From NCBI GenBank assembly GCA_964106645.2, contig OZ067042.1: 64,000 bases of DNA. One strand, 5' to 3'. The stretch is from Podarcis pityusensis. Taxonomy: Eukaryota. A program made the translations under genes and the position numbers. Position 1 is the first letter of the stretch. Each line of letters opens with the position of its first letter. The notes beneath the pieces are model-generated. The model saw only the letters and a program-made list of their open reading frames with translations, searched no databases and had not been told where the DNA came from. Of the stretch, positions 1 through 13,234 are shown one piece after another.

Positions 1-1
1 T

Positions 2-1223
2 CCAAATAATGACAAAATGGAATGGCACATAGAGAGGAAATTGCCTTCTGCCACAGCTTCTGTCATTGTACGTCCACCTTCACGTACAAAGTATGATACA
101 GTATCTGTCGTGCAGACAGCTCCGAAAGAGCGAGTTGTTGAAAGATCGCTGATGGGGATAAACCAAACCGATTGTCCCAAACCAGCGGAAGCCAGAGAGA
201 CTGGAAGAATAGTTATGCCGACCGTGAACTCAGACACAATTCATGCCCAGTATGAAAAGAGCTTGCCAGCTGCCTCCCAGGGCACTGTTCCCAGTTCTGT
301 CACACCGACTACGACGACACTATGCAGCACCAAAACGGATGTAACAGCATCTGTGGCTACTACTTGCGTTCCAATCATGGGCAGTTCAGAAGTGACTTAC
401 TGTTTGTCCAATGCAGCTTTAGCTTGCACGTCAGTAGAGAGTACTGCCTCCACAGCCATAAACCAGGAAGTGGCACACATACAAGAATGTGGCCTGAGCA
501 CCGCAGCTCCAGTTACATTAGCCTGCAGCAAAACGGAAAGTGTTCTTCAGGCCAGCTCTGGATTCTCTGGGCCATCTGATTTTATTCACTTGAAAAAGCA
601 CAAGGCAGCATTGGCTGCTGCTCAGTTTAAAAGTAGCAGTGCCAGTGATACAGAGTTGACTGCTGCGAAAAATCCAATATATCCAGCCTCCGTTTCCCTA
701 GACAGTACTGTCATCTCTGGTACAATAAACAAAGCAAATACTGTAGGCAATGGGCAAGTATCCCAGACGAGTCAAGGGAACTACCACACAAAGCTGAAAA
801 AAGCTTGGCTCACAAGACATTCGGAAGAAGATAAAAATACTAATAAAAAAGAGAATTCGGGGAACAGTGTCTCAGAAATCATTAAGCCATGTACTGTTAA
901 CTTAATAGCTTCTACGTCAAATGATTTGCAAAATAATATAGATTGTAAAATGCTGGGGGAAAAGCTTGCGAAAGAAGAGAAACAGACAAGGCGAAAAACG
1001 AAAAGAACGTATGAATCTGGCTCTGAAAGTGGAGATTCTGATGAAAGTGAGAGCAAATCAGAGCAAAGGACTAAGCGGCAGCCTAAGCCAACTTACAAAA
1101 AGAAACAGAATGATTTGCAAAAGAAAAAAGGCGATGCAGAGGAAGAAATAAAGCCAAATGGTGTTCTTAGCAGAAGTGCCAAAGAAAAAAGCAAATTGAA
1201 GTTACAGAGCAGCAGCAGCAATT
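2..1223 (+). CDS. JMJD1C: JMJD1C large internal exon (5' end outside window)
   Basis: Open frame from position 2. Contains JMJD1C motifs HLKKHKAALAAAQ, NYHTKLKKAWLTRHSEED and RTKRQPKPTYKKKQNDLQK. Donor GTAAGT at 1224. Confidence 0.96.
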
Positions 1224-1964
1224 GTAAGTATATAGTTAGCATACAAATTGGAATGTAAGAACATTAGTTGTTTTTTTATTGCAGTCAGGATTGTGTGTCT
1301 TTTATACTTTTTTTTTAAAAAAACCACCCAATACCAGGAAAAGCTTGAATTTTGAAACCTATCTAAATTATGCATCTGTATATGTGTATTGTACAGTTCT
1401 GCTGTCCGCTATGCTTTCTTCAGACATTCATTCTGAATGTGTGGCGAGGCTGTGGGAATGCTTTAGTGTAGCTCCGTCCCTTCAGTATAACCCCGCAACA
1501 CTCCCAAACCGACACATGATGGACTGAGTCTGTAATGGTCACCATCATGGTGTAGAGGGGTTTCCAGCACAGAGACAGAAACTCTCACCAGTTAGGGATC
1601 TTATCCCTGTATTCTGCATGTGTTAAAAGACTCAGGCCACTGATCAGAACTGACTCATTTTGGCTGTACTGTAACATTGTTGTCAGTTTTACTATTTACA
1701 ATGATACTATTTAAAATTACTATTCACAAGTAATTTTAGGACTGCAACAAAACAGTGCTGAAATTGTATAAATGCTATAAAAGGGACACTTCAGTTTACC
1801 TAATATTCCTAAGTGTTACAACTTAGAGGTTTATACAAATTGTTATTGTAAGCAGCTGTGTATTACCCCATTTTTGAACTGTTATTTTTTACTGATCAGT
1901 ACTTGCTACACAATTCCAATCCCTGAAGCTACTTTCTGACTCATGCCCGTTTACTTCTTCCAAA

Positions 1965-1967
<3 letters not shown>

Positions 1968-2018
<51 letters not shown>
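1968..2018. repeat. (CT)n microsatellite
   Basis: Direct inspection. Confidence 0.98.
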
Positions 2019-4007
2019 GTGCCTATGCTTTTCCTGTCTCCCTGTTGCTACCAGCTGCTTCCCTTTCTAAAGATTCTTCATCTCCTGTTGCTGTGAAGAA
2101 CTATTCCTTTTATGTATTTCTTTTCCACTCTGTGCACATGCACTTCAGTTGAATTGGTTATCATTTTCACACTCAATAATAATCTAGGATTGAGCATGTG
2201 ATATGGACCACACTGTTTCTGTCTAGATTCTAAAATTACTTTTTGCAATGCACAGTTGCTTTAGGAGTTAGCAGATGAACAGATGTGTGCTTCCTCTTTA
2301 TGTCTGTGGGCTGGTTCAACAAAATAATCCTTAGCCATATATTCTGCATTTTCTTATTTCCCTCACATAATTGTACGGGGAAACTATACTACATGAACCA
2401 GTAGAAAACAAGCTATGTGCGCACTGCAGGAATTTATGATCACAGTAGCTCCATAAAGTACTACCTCAGCAACAGAAATCACTGCAGAGCGTAACTAGGT
2501 TGCATAGCACTTTCTACTCCCAAAGGCAGGCAACGATGCGTCAGACTAAAATAATGTGAAGAAAAATCAGTGGCACAAAGAACCATGTGACCTATATCAA
2601 TGTTAATGTAGCCGTTTGTGTTAGTGTTAAGGCAGTGTTTGGGAGTGTCTGGCCTGTGGGCCTAATTAGGCCTGGCAGGGGTCCTAAATTGGCTCACGAG
2701 GCTGTTTTCCCAAACCGTGTCAGCCTGCCCCACACCCAATGTCATATGAGGCAAAAAGTGACAACCACAAAGAAACAGTTGTGAATCTAAAGTGTGTTCT
2801 TCAGTGTTTCTTGGCAAGTGGGGCTCCTTGATCAGTGCTGACAGCAAGCCCTTAGAAGTAGTTCGCTTCCCGGTGCAGTTTGAATTCAAACCATGCCTGC
2901 AAATGAATATTTTTCCTCTACAAACTGGCTTTGTAGATAGCTTTGCTATCTGCTAGACTTGGATCAAATGTCCAGACAAGTCACCCTTTGAATGAACAAA
3001 CCATGGCTTAGCATTAGTGCAAGTCAGACCTTACACACTTGAAAAATGTAAAGTGTCACAAGATTCAAGAAAATGTGCTTGCTACCAGGCTGCAGTTTTT
3101 TTAAATTTCCTATCATGATTGGCTGATAGTCTTTTGTGAGTACTGTTTTAAAGACTGAAATCATAGCCAGGATATAAGGGACATGAGACCACCACCTTGT
3201 TTGAAGCGTAGCTGGTTCTGAGTCTAGTTAGTGCCTAAATAGATGTGCCACCTTGGGTTCTATGGTAGAAAAAAGAAGGGATGTAAGTGTTTGAAAACAA
3301 ACTAAACTAAAATGTTTCATTTGTATTGTACATTACTGTCCATATACAATCCACAGGAAATACTTTTGCACTGAGGCCAATAAATGTATTAAATGTTTGC
3401 AATCCCATTTTTCTGAATTTTTGGAAAGGAGATGTGTAAAAGATTTTACTTTGTTCTTTCGAAAATACTTTCCTTTTTTTATACTACTGGTCTTAACAAG
3501 ATAAATAAATAAATTCATCGTGTAGGTAACCATAGTAGTTCACAGAAGCAGAGTCACAGATAAGATGTGTTTGAAATTATACTGCCTTAGTGGTTGTACT
3601 GACAAAATGAATGGGTTATCATCCATTCTCCTGTAAAATATGGGGCAAATTGATAATAAAATTGGTAATTGATAAAAAACAAAAATAGCTTGAATAAAAA
3701 AGTGTGAATTCTCCCATCCGCCCCCACCTATTTTCAAACACTTTTGTATAAATTAACATACATGGATTCATCCTTTTTATTGCAATATAAACACTTTTAC
3801 TCAATTTTTTTAAAATGTATTTTAAATTTTGTATCACGTATATATTCTTTTATAATTGTAAGTTGCTTTGAAACATTTTTGTAGTAAGTGATTAATAAAG
3901 GCAATAAATAATAATACTAACTCCCACTACAGCTTCTGTTAAACTCTAAATATTAAGTCCTGATTACATTGTCTTTCCTTTTACTAAAGAAGTTGTCATT
4001 TTTGCAG

Positions 4008-4209
4008 CTGGCATACCTCGTTCAGTATTAAAAGACTGGCGTAAAGTAAAGAAGTTGAAACAGACGGGAGAATCCTTTTTGCAGGATGACTCTTGTTACG
4101 AAATCGGGCCCAATTTGCAAAAATGCAGAGAATGTAGACTTGTAAGAAGCAAGAAAGGAGAAGAATCAGCTCACTCACCAGTGTTTTGTAGATTCTACTA
4201 CTTTCGTCG
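4008..4209 (+). CDS. JMJD1C: JMJD1C exon ([30 protein letters not shown]...FCRFYYFRR)
   Basis: Acceptor tttttgcag, donor gtaagt, phase matches neighbours, KDM3-family Cys-rich segment. Confidence 0.96.
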
Positions 4210-4807
4210 GTAAGTGAAAAACTTTTTTTCTTTTTGAGAAACCAAGTTTTATTTCCACACTTCTATGGTAGCAACGCCATTACGCTTTGAAGAGGTGCAC
4301 TTTGAAACATGCTGATGCAGTGATGCATACAAACTAGAAATGCTTTTGAAATTGTGGATAGTCACTTTTTTACCTAACTCTTCAGTTAAAAAGCTCCCAG
4401 AGTGCCTTACGTAGGATCAGTTGCAAACAATGCAGTACCTACCAGCAGGTTTGCAACAAGTGGTGGGGAGGCAGCAATCTCAGGCACCAGTTCTTAAAGT
4501 TTTGATGTTCTTGTCATGGCCTACTTGAGTGGAAGCAGCTCAGGGAGAGGAGAAAGAAATGGATCTGATCTATCAACCAAGCTGATGAAGAGGACCCTGC
4601 TTCCTTTTTCTTACTTTGCTAAAGCCTGGTACTTATAGAACTCTTACATTATCAAAACACTGCCTCTGACACTATTGCACATTTCTGGGTCTAGATGTTG
4701 CTGGACTCCAACACCCATCAGCCCTGGACAGCATAATCCATCGTTAGGGCTGATGGGAGTCCACAACATCTGGAATGCACCACTTTCACTACCCCTGGTG
4801 TAAATGG

Positions 4808-4957
4808 GCGGAACGGACTCCCTGATGAGGTTGTGCGCTTTCCTTCCTTGGAGATTGGCTGGCCATCTGTCATGGATGCTGTAGCTGAGATTCCTGCATT
4901 GCAGGAAGTTGGACTAGATGAACCTTGGAGTCTCTTCCAACTCTGTGATTCTATGAA
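4808..4957 (+). mobile_element. CR1 LINE 3'-end fragment
   Basis: GGACTAGATGA...TTCCAACTCTGTGATTCTATGA terminus. Confidence 0.75.
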
Positions 4958-6216
4958 ATATTTTTCTTTGTGTAAGCTCAGTTGGAGCTTCTCTTGCACA
5001 ACAGCAGCAGGTTTTGGTGGAGGCGGTTTTAAAAAAATATTGAATCCTTTATTTTAAATCCAAGGCCTTCGGCTTAACAGGTTTGTGATTTTGAACTATA
5101 GGCCACTTCTCAGATCTTTGAATCTAATAATAATGTACTCATACATATTATGCAGCATGCTCTGTTCTTGGTGCAGGGCGGCCAAAGGCAAAAATGGGTG
5201 AAGCAGCTGAGGTGACTCTACCTTTGTGTAGTAGGCTTCATTCCTGCCACACAAAAGTCATATTTATGGGACTGGTATGTATAAGGAGAAAGTGAGAGAC
5301 TGTGGAAAACATTCAGCTTTTCAACAGGAGAGAACCTGAAAAGGAACCTTTACAAGGAGCTCCACAGAGAAAAAAGCAGGGCCTTTGTGACATCAGCAAC
5401 CATTGAGCCAATCACCAGAACAGATGTACATGCCTACTAGTAACTGAAGGACAGAGGCAAAGAGATGACTAGGGATTGGAGTAGCGGTTTCTGATGTCAT
5501 AAAGGCAATACTTTTTCCCTTTTCACAACCACAAGGATGAGCTACAACTGAATAAGACTGAAGGGAAGAGAGGAAGGAGACAGTAGCCTGAGGTAAGAAT
5601 GAATGTAAGGTTGTAGCCAGCGACTATGTTCCCAAGTGATGAAGGAAAGAAAAACAAAATGGGGTGTGACCTGCAAATTAATCCCTGTGGTTTTGTGGAA
5701 TTATTTTTGTTGTTGTTATTGCATTTATATCATTACATTCTATGCCAAACACATATTCTACTAATAGAAACGTTGAAAAGCTTTCTAGTAGTCATATCAT
5801 GTTGATTTTCAGCAGATTGAGTAGATTGAATAGTGAAAAAATACCATTATGTAACAAACTTCTCATGTTCGGGTGCAGATTAATAATTAAATTATTATAT
5901 GAAATTATTGTTTTATATGTGGCATCAATGTATATAAGGTATATAAAGCAGAAACAGGTAATCTATATTTCAACTGCAGATTCTCCAATGATACACTAAT
6001 ACCACCATCTCCCTCTTAGCTTTCCAGCAGTACCTTGTCTGTCTCTGCCAACAAAATGGTTCAGGGAGAGAACCGAGACAGATATATACATGCTGCCTTT
6101 CAGAAACATTGGACATTAGCCAACCATAACATGTTTGACACACAGTTAACATCGAAATACAGTTTAAATTGATCATGATTTTGATACCTATGTAAGTTGT
6201 GTATTTTGTTTTGTAG

Positions 6217-6431
6217 GCTTTCTTTTAGTAAGAATGGAGTGGTTAGGATTGATGGCTTTTCTTCTCCCGATCAGTATGATGATGAAGCAATGAGTTTATG
6301 GACACATGATAATTATGATGATGATGAAATTGACCTAGAAACTTGCAAATACATCTTAGACCACATAGGTGACAAATTTTGTCAGTTAGTGACATCTGAG
6401 AAAACAGCCATGTCCTGGGTCAAAAAGGATG
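6217..6431 (+). CDS. JMJD1C: JMJD1C exon (LSFSKNGVVRIDGFSSPDQYDDEA...WVKKD)
   Basis: ttgtag/gtaagt boundaries; peptide matches JMJD1C. Confidence 0.96.
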
Positions 6432-7142
6432 GTAAGTATCCAACTTTTTCTGAATAACTCTGCTCAAAAGTTAGTCGCTGCTTTTTAATGTGGCTCATCC
6501 ATCGTGTTCTTCCTTGGGAATTTCCCTATTGCATCAAAATGTTATTTTATTGTACTGTTGAAGTGGCACAGGGGGATACAGAAATGTATTGGGATAAATT
6601 ACCAAGACATGAACAAGGTGGGCTACCCCAAACTTACCGTAGTTGGTAAGTGGGAAGGGCGGGATATAAATTTAGTAAATAAAATTAGCATGGGTTCCAT
6701 TCCCAATGCAACAACAGCCTTGCTAGCTTGATTTGTTCCATAACTTTTCTTTTCTTTTGTAAAAAAAAAGTATTTAATATGATGTTTTGTAATTATGGGT
6801 TGTCTCAACTGTATCTTTATTGGCTCTTTGGAAATGAACGCACTTTTATTAAAAAGTGCAAAACTATACAAAAGAATCAAAGTGTGGGGCAAATGTACTT
6901 TGCAAATCAGTCTTCCCTGAGCTAGTATCCTCCACAGGGTTTGTACTATGAGTCCCATCAGCCCCAGGAAGCATGGTCAGTGGTCCTGGATGATGAGAGT
7001 TGCAGTCTGGAGGGCACCAAGTTGGGGAAGGACACCCTAAATCAAACAGGTTTTCAGCTGAAATTTCATTTATGTGCTATAATTTTGCAGTTGTTTGCCT
7101 TTAAATTTCAGTACTTGGTCTTCTGTTTACTCTGTATTCCAG

Positions 7143-7295
7143 CCAAAATAGCTTGGAAGAGAGCAGTCAGAGGAGTCCGTGAAATGTGTGATGCATGTGA
7201 AGCCACTCTGTTTAACATTCACTGGGTCTGCCAAAAATGTGGATTTGTGGTCTGCTTAGATTGCTATAAGGCTAAGGAAAGGAAGAGTTCTAGAG
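7143..7295 (+). CDS. JMJD1C: JMJD1C exon with C6-type zinc finger ([26 protein letters not shown])
   Basis: ttccag/gtcagt boundaries; hallmark KDM3 zinc finger. Confidence 0.97.
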
Positions 7296-7542
7296 GTCAG
7301 TGCACTTTTTGTAAGAACTAAAGATAATAGTTAAACATTTTAGAACTGCTTGTTTGAAGTTTTAGGTTAGTTTCTATTTAATCACAAAAACTGGATACAA
7401 AGTAAAATCACCACAAGTGTATTCAGCTTTGTGCAAAACCACCGCTCTTATGACGGTAGGTTGCATGTTTGGAAGGCTGATCTAAAATTACTGTGTTTAA
7501 TTGAAGTTAATAAAAAATTGTAATTGATTCTATGATGTAAAC

Positions 7543-7797
7543 CAGGGGTAGGCAACCTAAGGCCCAGAGGCTGGATGCGACCCAATTGCCTTCTCAATCA
7601 GGCCCGCGGACAGTCGGGGAATCAGCGTGTTTTTACATGAGTAGAATGCGCCCTTTTATTTAAAATGCATCTCTGGGTTATTTGTGGGGCATAGGAATTC
7701 ATTCATTTCCCTCCCCCCCAAAAAATATAGTCTGGCCCACCACAAAGTCTGAGGGACAGTGGACCGGCCCACGGCTGAAAAAGGTTGCTGACCCCTG
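7543..7797. mobile_element. non-autonomous hAT (Charlie-like) MITE, 255 bp
   Basis: Perfect 8-bp TSD ATGTAAAC at 7535-42 and 7798-7805. TIR CAGGGGTAGGCAACCT / AGGTTGCTGACCCCTG (14/16). Confidence 0.92.
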
Positions 7798-7822
7798 ATG
7801 TAAACTGTTAATGCCTTCACAG

Positions 7823-7912
7823 ATAAAGAATTGTACGCCTGGATGAAATGTGTGAAAGGGCAGCCTCATGATCACAAACATTTAATGCCAACCCAGATCA
7901 TTCCTGGAACAG
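7823..7912 (+). CDS. JMJD1C: JMJD1C exon ([30 protein letters not shown])
   Basis: cacag/gtaaga boundaries; conserved LMPTQIIPG motif. Confidence 0.96.
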
Positions 7913-9134
7913 GTAAGATCATAAGCTTTTGTATCAATGAATATTGGTACTGCATTTCAGGATTCATAGCTAGCGCTGCAGCCTCAGAGGTATTGTGTCT
8001 CTTTTCCTAAGATGGAAGGTATTTCACAGTGTGCTTGAGCCTCAGAAGGAAATGTGCCTTCTGCAGGCTACTGTCAAGCCTTCATCTGAAAAGGCACTCA
8101 TTTGTAAGCCAGGCCGTAGCGGAGATCAGAATTTTAAGTATAAAATTATAACTTGTTTTGTTCCTGGTCATAGTTTATAAACTTTTATAGATCAGCGAAG
8201 GCTGAGGCCTGATTGGAATGATGGTTACATCAGTGTTCCACATAGCAGAAGTGTAAAGTATAGATTTGTTCAAAAGCTTTTTGCAGGATTTTAGGAAAGA
8301 GATCAAGACCTTTTACTTCATCAGAGTTCATGGTACAGACCAGGAGTAGACAACCTGATGCCCTCCAGATGTTGCTGGACTACACCTCTGGACAGCCTAA
8401 GCTAGCTTGGTCAGTTTTCAAAGATAATGGAAGTTTTAGCCCAACAACATCTACATCTACATTGGCTAACTTGGTATAGAATGAGCACCTAGGGTCCTCC
8501 TGGTTTTAATGAGTTTAACTGGAAATGCTTTTTTGTTTCTTTGATTAGCTAGTGATGGTTCTTGGTGAATTTTAAATACATTTTGATTTTATTGTGTGTT
8601 TAATTGGATTATTTATGTAAACAATCAACGTACCTGCAGCAAGTGATCACTGCTGTATAAAATGTGCAGCTGCCCTCTGTCTAGAGTGGGAAAGCAACAC
8701 AGAAAAAACAAGAAGCGGCAGGCCAGCATTGCTTTTAAAGGTTGCAGTGTACAGGAAATGTTGTTTTAATGATGGTCATGCTTTATGATCTCTTGTCTAT
8801 TCATGTGTCATGCCCTTCTCTGCCTTTCCCCACTAAGTATCCCTCTTGTTTGTGTCCCTCAAATTCTGCAGCTTACCCTACGTAATAAAAATGGCACTTA
8901 ACCATGTAACAGATTTTTTTTTTTTTTTAAATGACATATCTAAAAAGTCATGTTGAAGATAGCTAGTGTCAGAATTTTGCTGTTTATTTTGGGGTAAAAT
9001 TCTGAAATGCGTTGGCAAAGGTGGAACTGGTTCTAAGGGTTGGTGTCTATTCTCTTTGGTGTGCAGATGCAGATGAAGTTTGAGGTGGTCAGCTTCAAAA
9101 CTGTATAATTCATTGTTTTCTTAATATTTTATAG

Positions 9135-9262
9135 TATTAATGGAACTTCTTGAAGCAATGCATAATCTTAGAGAGAAACATGAGATTAGAGCCCATTGCC
9201 AGTGTGCCAGCAAACAGAATTTACAACCTGGCAAGTTCCCTTCAATGAATGGTGTATCTCAG
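9135..9262 (+). CDS. JMJD1C: JMJD1C exon (VLMELLEAMHNLREKHEIRAHCQC...MNGVSQ)
   Basis: tatag/gtaagg boundaries, in frame. Confidence 0.94.
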
Positions 9263-9460
9263 GTAAGGCCACAGCTTAGTGATCAAATATAATTTTGTTA
9301 ATATTTGTTATGGCACTTTTAAGATGCATATGCTATTGACTTTCAGTGCTGCTTAACTGTGCATCACTAAAGCATAGTTTACATATGCTGCATTAGGGTC
9401 TTAAAGTAATTACTGTTTTATCATATGCAAAGTGCTTAATTGAATTGTTGTGTCCTACAG

Positions 9461-9674
9461 ATTTTGCAGAACGTCCTTAATCACAGTAATAAAATTTCTC
9501 TGTGCATACCTGAGTTGCAACAGCAGAAGGCATCTCAGAAATCTGAGACAAATGGTAATACAAGCCCAGGAAGTGACGTGAGCACAGACAGCAAGTTAAC
9601 TCCTCCTGAATCCCAGTCACCACTGCACTGGTTGGCAGATCTAGCAGAGCAAAAGGCCAGGGAAGAAAAGAAAG
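9461..9674 (+). CDS. JMJD1C: JMJD1C exon (ILQNVLNHSNKISLC...SQSPLHWLADLAEQKAREEKK)
   Basis: ctacag/gtaaat boundaries; conserved SPLHWLADLA motif. Confidence 0.96.
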
Positions 9675-9851
9675 GTAAATAATGGGATATGTTGATTAGA
9701 AAGCAGATTGCGGGTGAGATCCCATATAACATTAGCACAAGAAGTTTGAGAATCTTAATTTTGTTCAAGCAATAGCACACAAGCTTAACTGTCACCAGTA
9801 ACAATAACGGGTTGTGTTAGGCAGTTGCACAACAGCTTTGACAACAGCAAC

Positions 9852-10075
9852 AACTTATTTGTACCCCACCCATCTGACTGGGTTGCCCCAGCCACTCTGG
9901 GTGGCTTCCAACATATAAAAACATAATAAAACATTAAACCTTGACAAATTTCCCTACACTGGGCTGCCTTCAGATGTCTTCTAAAGGTTATATAGTTACT
10001 CATCTCCTTGACATCTGATGGGAGGGCATCCCACAGTTTGGGCACCACTACCTAGAAGGCCCTCTGCCCTCTGAC
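9852..10075 (-). mobile_element. L2-type LINE 3' fragment (related copies at ~21970-22075, ~25860-26015, ~51570-51830, ~60830-61090)
   Basis: Matches the 3' end of the 43815-45150 element. Confidence 0.8.
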
Positions 10076-10131
10076 AAGAATAGGACTCCCATTGCATTCA
10101 GCTGTTGTGCTGCACAAGATTTCTCCTAGTA

Positions 10132-10265
10132 CAGGAGTGGAGAACCGGTCACCCTCCAGATATTATTGGACGGCCATTTCCATCAGACGCAGCAAGTGTG
10201 GCTAGTGATCAGGAACAATGGGAGCAATAGCCCAACAACATCTGGGGGCAACAGGTTCTCGACTT
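10132..10265. mobile_element. palindromic hAT-like MITE family (other copies at ~4680-4797, 8341-8475, 20150-20290, 26255-26370, 28660-28795, 30920-31005, 35600-35670, 38850-38975, 41180-41270)
   Basis: Shared CCCTCCAGATGTT..GGACTACAACTCCCATCA / TGATGGGAGTTGTAGTCCAACAACATCTGGAGGG inverted arms; divergent copies. Confidence 0.7.
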
Positions 10266-12503
10266 CTATGCTAGTGGGATGGGTGGCTGTTGTGCAAGCA
10301 GGCTGCCGCAGAATAGACCTCCTTTACACGTTAGATTTCCAAAATGACAGGTGTTTTTCAAGATTACCCAGTTTATCGTTAATTATCCTTATAGGGACCT
10401 ACATTATCATTAAGTTTATCGTTGTGTAAACTTTCCATGTTAAGAAAAATGTATGTGGCATGGTCAGGAATGAAGAGGATAGGAAGGAACAAATGGTCCT
10501 TCTAGAATAAAAAGAAAGGTGATTCAGACTTCCAGTAATCTCGTGGAACGAGGCAGTACTGGAGGGCTTTGCCTTGATTTCTGTAGACTGAATGACACAT
10601 TACTCCAGAGGAGCTGTGAATGAGTCTGCAGCAAAAAGACCAACCAATATGGTTCGGCTGCTTGTTCATACATTCATGTTTACAACTTTTATATTGACAG
10701 TGTGGTTACAATATAAATACAACAGAAGTCGAATAATGCTTGGATATACTGCAAGAAGAGGAACTGGGGAGGGTGAGGAGTGAAGGAGTGAAGCTTTAGT
10801 GTTTCATTAAGACAAAGTATTTGTTTACTATGTAGCTCTGCAAACGCCTGAACAGGCTTTCCACTTCAGCCGCCTTATTTGGTCCCTCTCTCCTTTTACA
10901 GATTGTTTCTTAAAACCGCTCAGAGGTTTTGTTTACTATCAAGCAGTATATACATTTTGTTTAAATATTAGCAGTAGTAATACAATGCTACTTCTAAGGA
11001 ACAGCAGAGCTAGGTGGTGTTTTCTCAGGAGTCCTGGGAGAGGGTAGTGAATATCCCCTGTGAAATATTATCACAAAAAACCTAGCCACATCAGAAGCCA
11101 CATCATATGCCTCTTTTCTTCAGCCCTCGTTCAATGCCCTCCTTGTTCTGGTCTGTGAGCAAGAAATGCCATCTGTAACCAGAAAATGTTAAATACAGAA
11201 GGATGCCTAGGGGCATAGAAGAGGCTGTGGTGAATATGAATTCTTCCAGCACATTTATATATTTGAACCACAATCCAGCACACAGGCACATTTATGTCCG
11301 CTGAAGTCAGTGGTTGAAAGAGTGTTGGCCATGAAGTTCAGTATCATTCAATATAACTATAAATTACTTTAGCGTTTTGAGATTGGACGCAACAGCTTGC
11401 CAGAAAATAAAAGTAATTTATTTCTTTTATGATTTTTCAGACTCACCAGACTACTATTAGTGTTATTTTTTCACAAAAAATGAGATTATTTTTTTTTTTG
11501 GGGGGGGGGGGTTATATTTCTTACTGGATTCCCAAAACACTAGGGTCAGATTCATATGAAAACCTTGTTACCCCAGTATGTGAATGGCCCCCAGACTTGC
11601 ATACTTCTCCTCCTGCTCTGTCATACCTGTAAGGAGGAGACTAGAAATCTTTGCTTCCACTTTGAAACTATCTTTGGTTCCTTATGATGTGTGAACTCAA
11701 GGAACTACAGTTTGCTAAGCTATGGTTAGTAAGAACAGGCCAGGATCATATTGTGGTCTCATTCCAGCTTTTTCCTCAAATCATAGTTCTTCTGACACCT
11801 CCAGGGGACTTTGATTACTTTTAAACCAAAAGTGGGTGTATCTGGCCATCTGTTCTGACATGGAAAAGTGAAGGGGAGGAGAAAATTCCTAAGACCAAGG
11901 CTTGTCACAACTAATTCACATTGCAGAAAACTGTGGGTTCCCATTGTGTCTGAACTGGTCTTGTAAATGATTGATCTATGTCATCATTCACAGTTTGCTA
12001 TTTTTCATAATATAAAAAGCAATGGAAATTCCATATTTTCCAGTCTTGTGTGTTGGCACCTTCTGGAGGCATCAAACTAAACAATTTCTTGAATATGATA
12101 GGAAAACCATATTCCGATGACATGTGTTTCCAGCCTTTTTTTATTTACCATATTTGTCATTTATGACAGGACACTCAACAGTCACAAATGCTATTTACAT
12201 AGTTACGTAGGGTCTAATTTGGAAGATTTAATTAACCCCCATGTGTTCAGGGGAATATTACTATTATTTATTAAATTTGTCTACCACCCTATACCCACAG
12301 GCCTCAGGGCAGTTCACAGGATAAAATCACAACATAAAAACATGAAATACACAATCAAAATAAAAACAAAAACAACCCAATACCCCCCAAAATAAAGCAA
12401 TAAGCACTACAAGTAGATTGTTGCCATTGTGAATCATAGGCAGCTAGTATTATTCTTGTTGTATCATGACACAATTATGTAAGATTAATCCTTTTTATTT
12501 TAG

Positions 12504-12718
12504 AAAACAAAGACTGCCCTCTTGGAAAGCATACAAAGGAAGAACAGGACCAAGAGAGTTCAGAATCTCTTAACTACAAGATGCCAACTCCTTTGTCTCA
12601 AAATAGCGAGCAGGGCTCAACGTTACGAGACTTGCTCACCACTACTGCTGGAAAACTGCGCCTCGGCTCTACAGATGCTGGCATTGCTTTTGCACCCGTT
12701 TATTCTACAGGAACTGCA
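12504..12718 (+). CDS. JMJD1C: JMJD1C exon with LXXLL nuclear-receptor box (STLRDLLTTTAGKLR)
   Basis: ttttag/gtgagt boundaries; LRDLL encoded at 12623-12637. Confidence 0.95.
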
Positions 12719-13234
12719 GTGAGTTTGCTACCAAATGCCTTGCTCCAAATGTTCTTGAGTGAGAAGGGTTAAATATAGCTTAGAGAGCAATGTCTAAATG
12801 GAACTGCTTTCACTGTATGATATTCGTCATAGAATGAAATTGTATACCTAAGGGCCTGGGCATGTCCAATGCTATTATTTGGAATTATCATTAACTGCTC
12901 TTGAATTTTTTTCCTCACTGCAGAACAAGGGAGCTGTTTTTCATGAGTCCAAAGGTTCCTTGGACATGTGGAGTTAGTTATGCAATTCTCTGGATCTCAG
13001 GCTGCCATGGTTTCCCTTAAAAAGTTTAGTTATGAACTAACTTAGTTAAAGTTCAAACTTATTAACAACATTTTAAGGCTTTGTCTATGCATGTAAATAT
13101 TACACAAGCAATTCACTAAAGAGTTAAACTCCTGCAATCTCATTGTCCTTTATTGTTTGTGTAAAAATCAGAGGGGTTTGTATCAGTTTGTTATCAGAAG
13201 ATCACTTTTTAATGAATGAGAATATAATATATTA

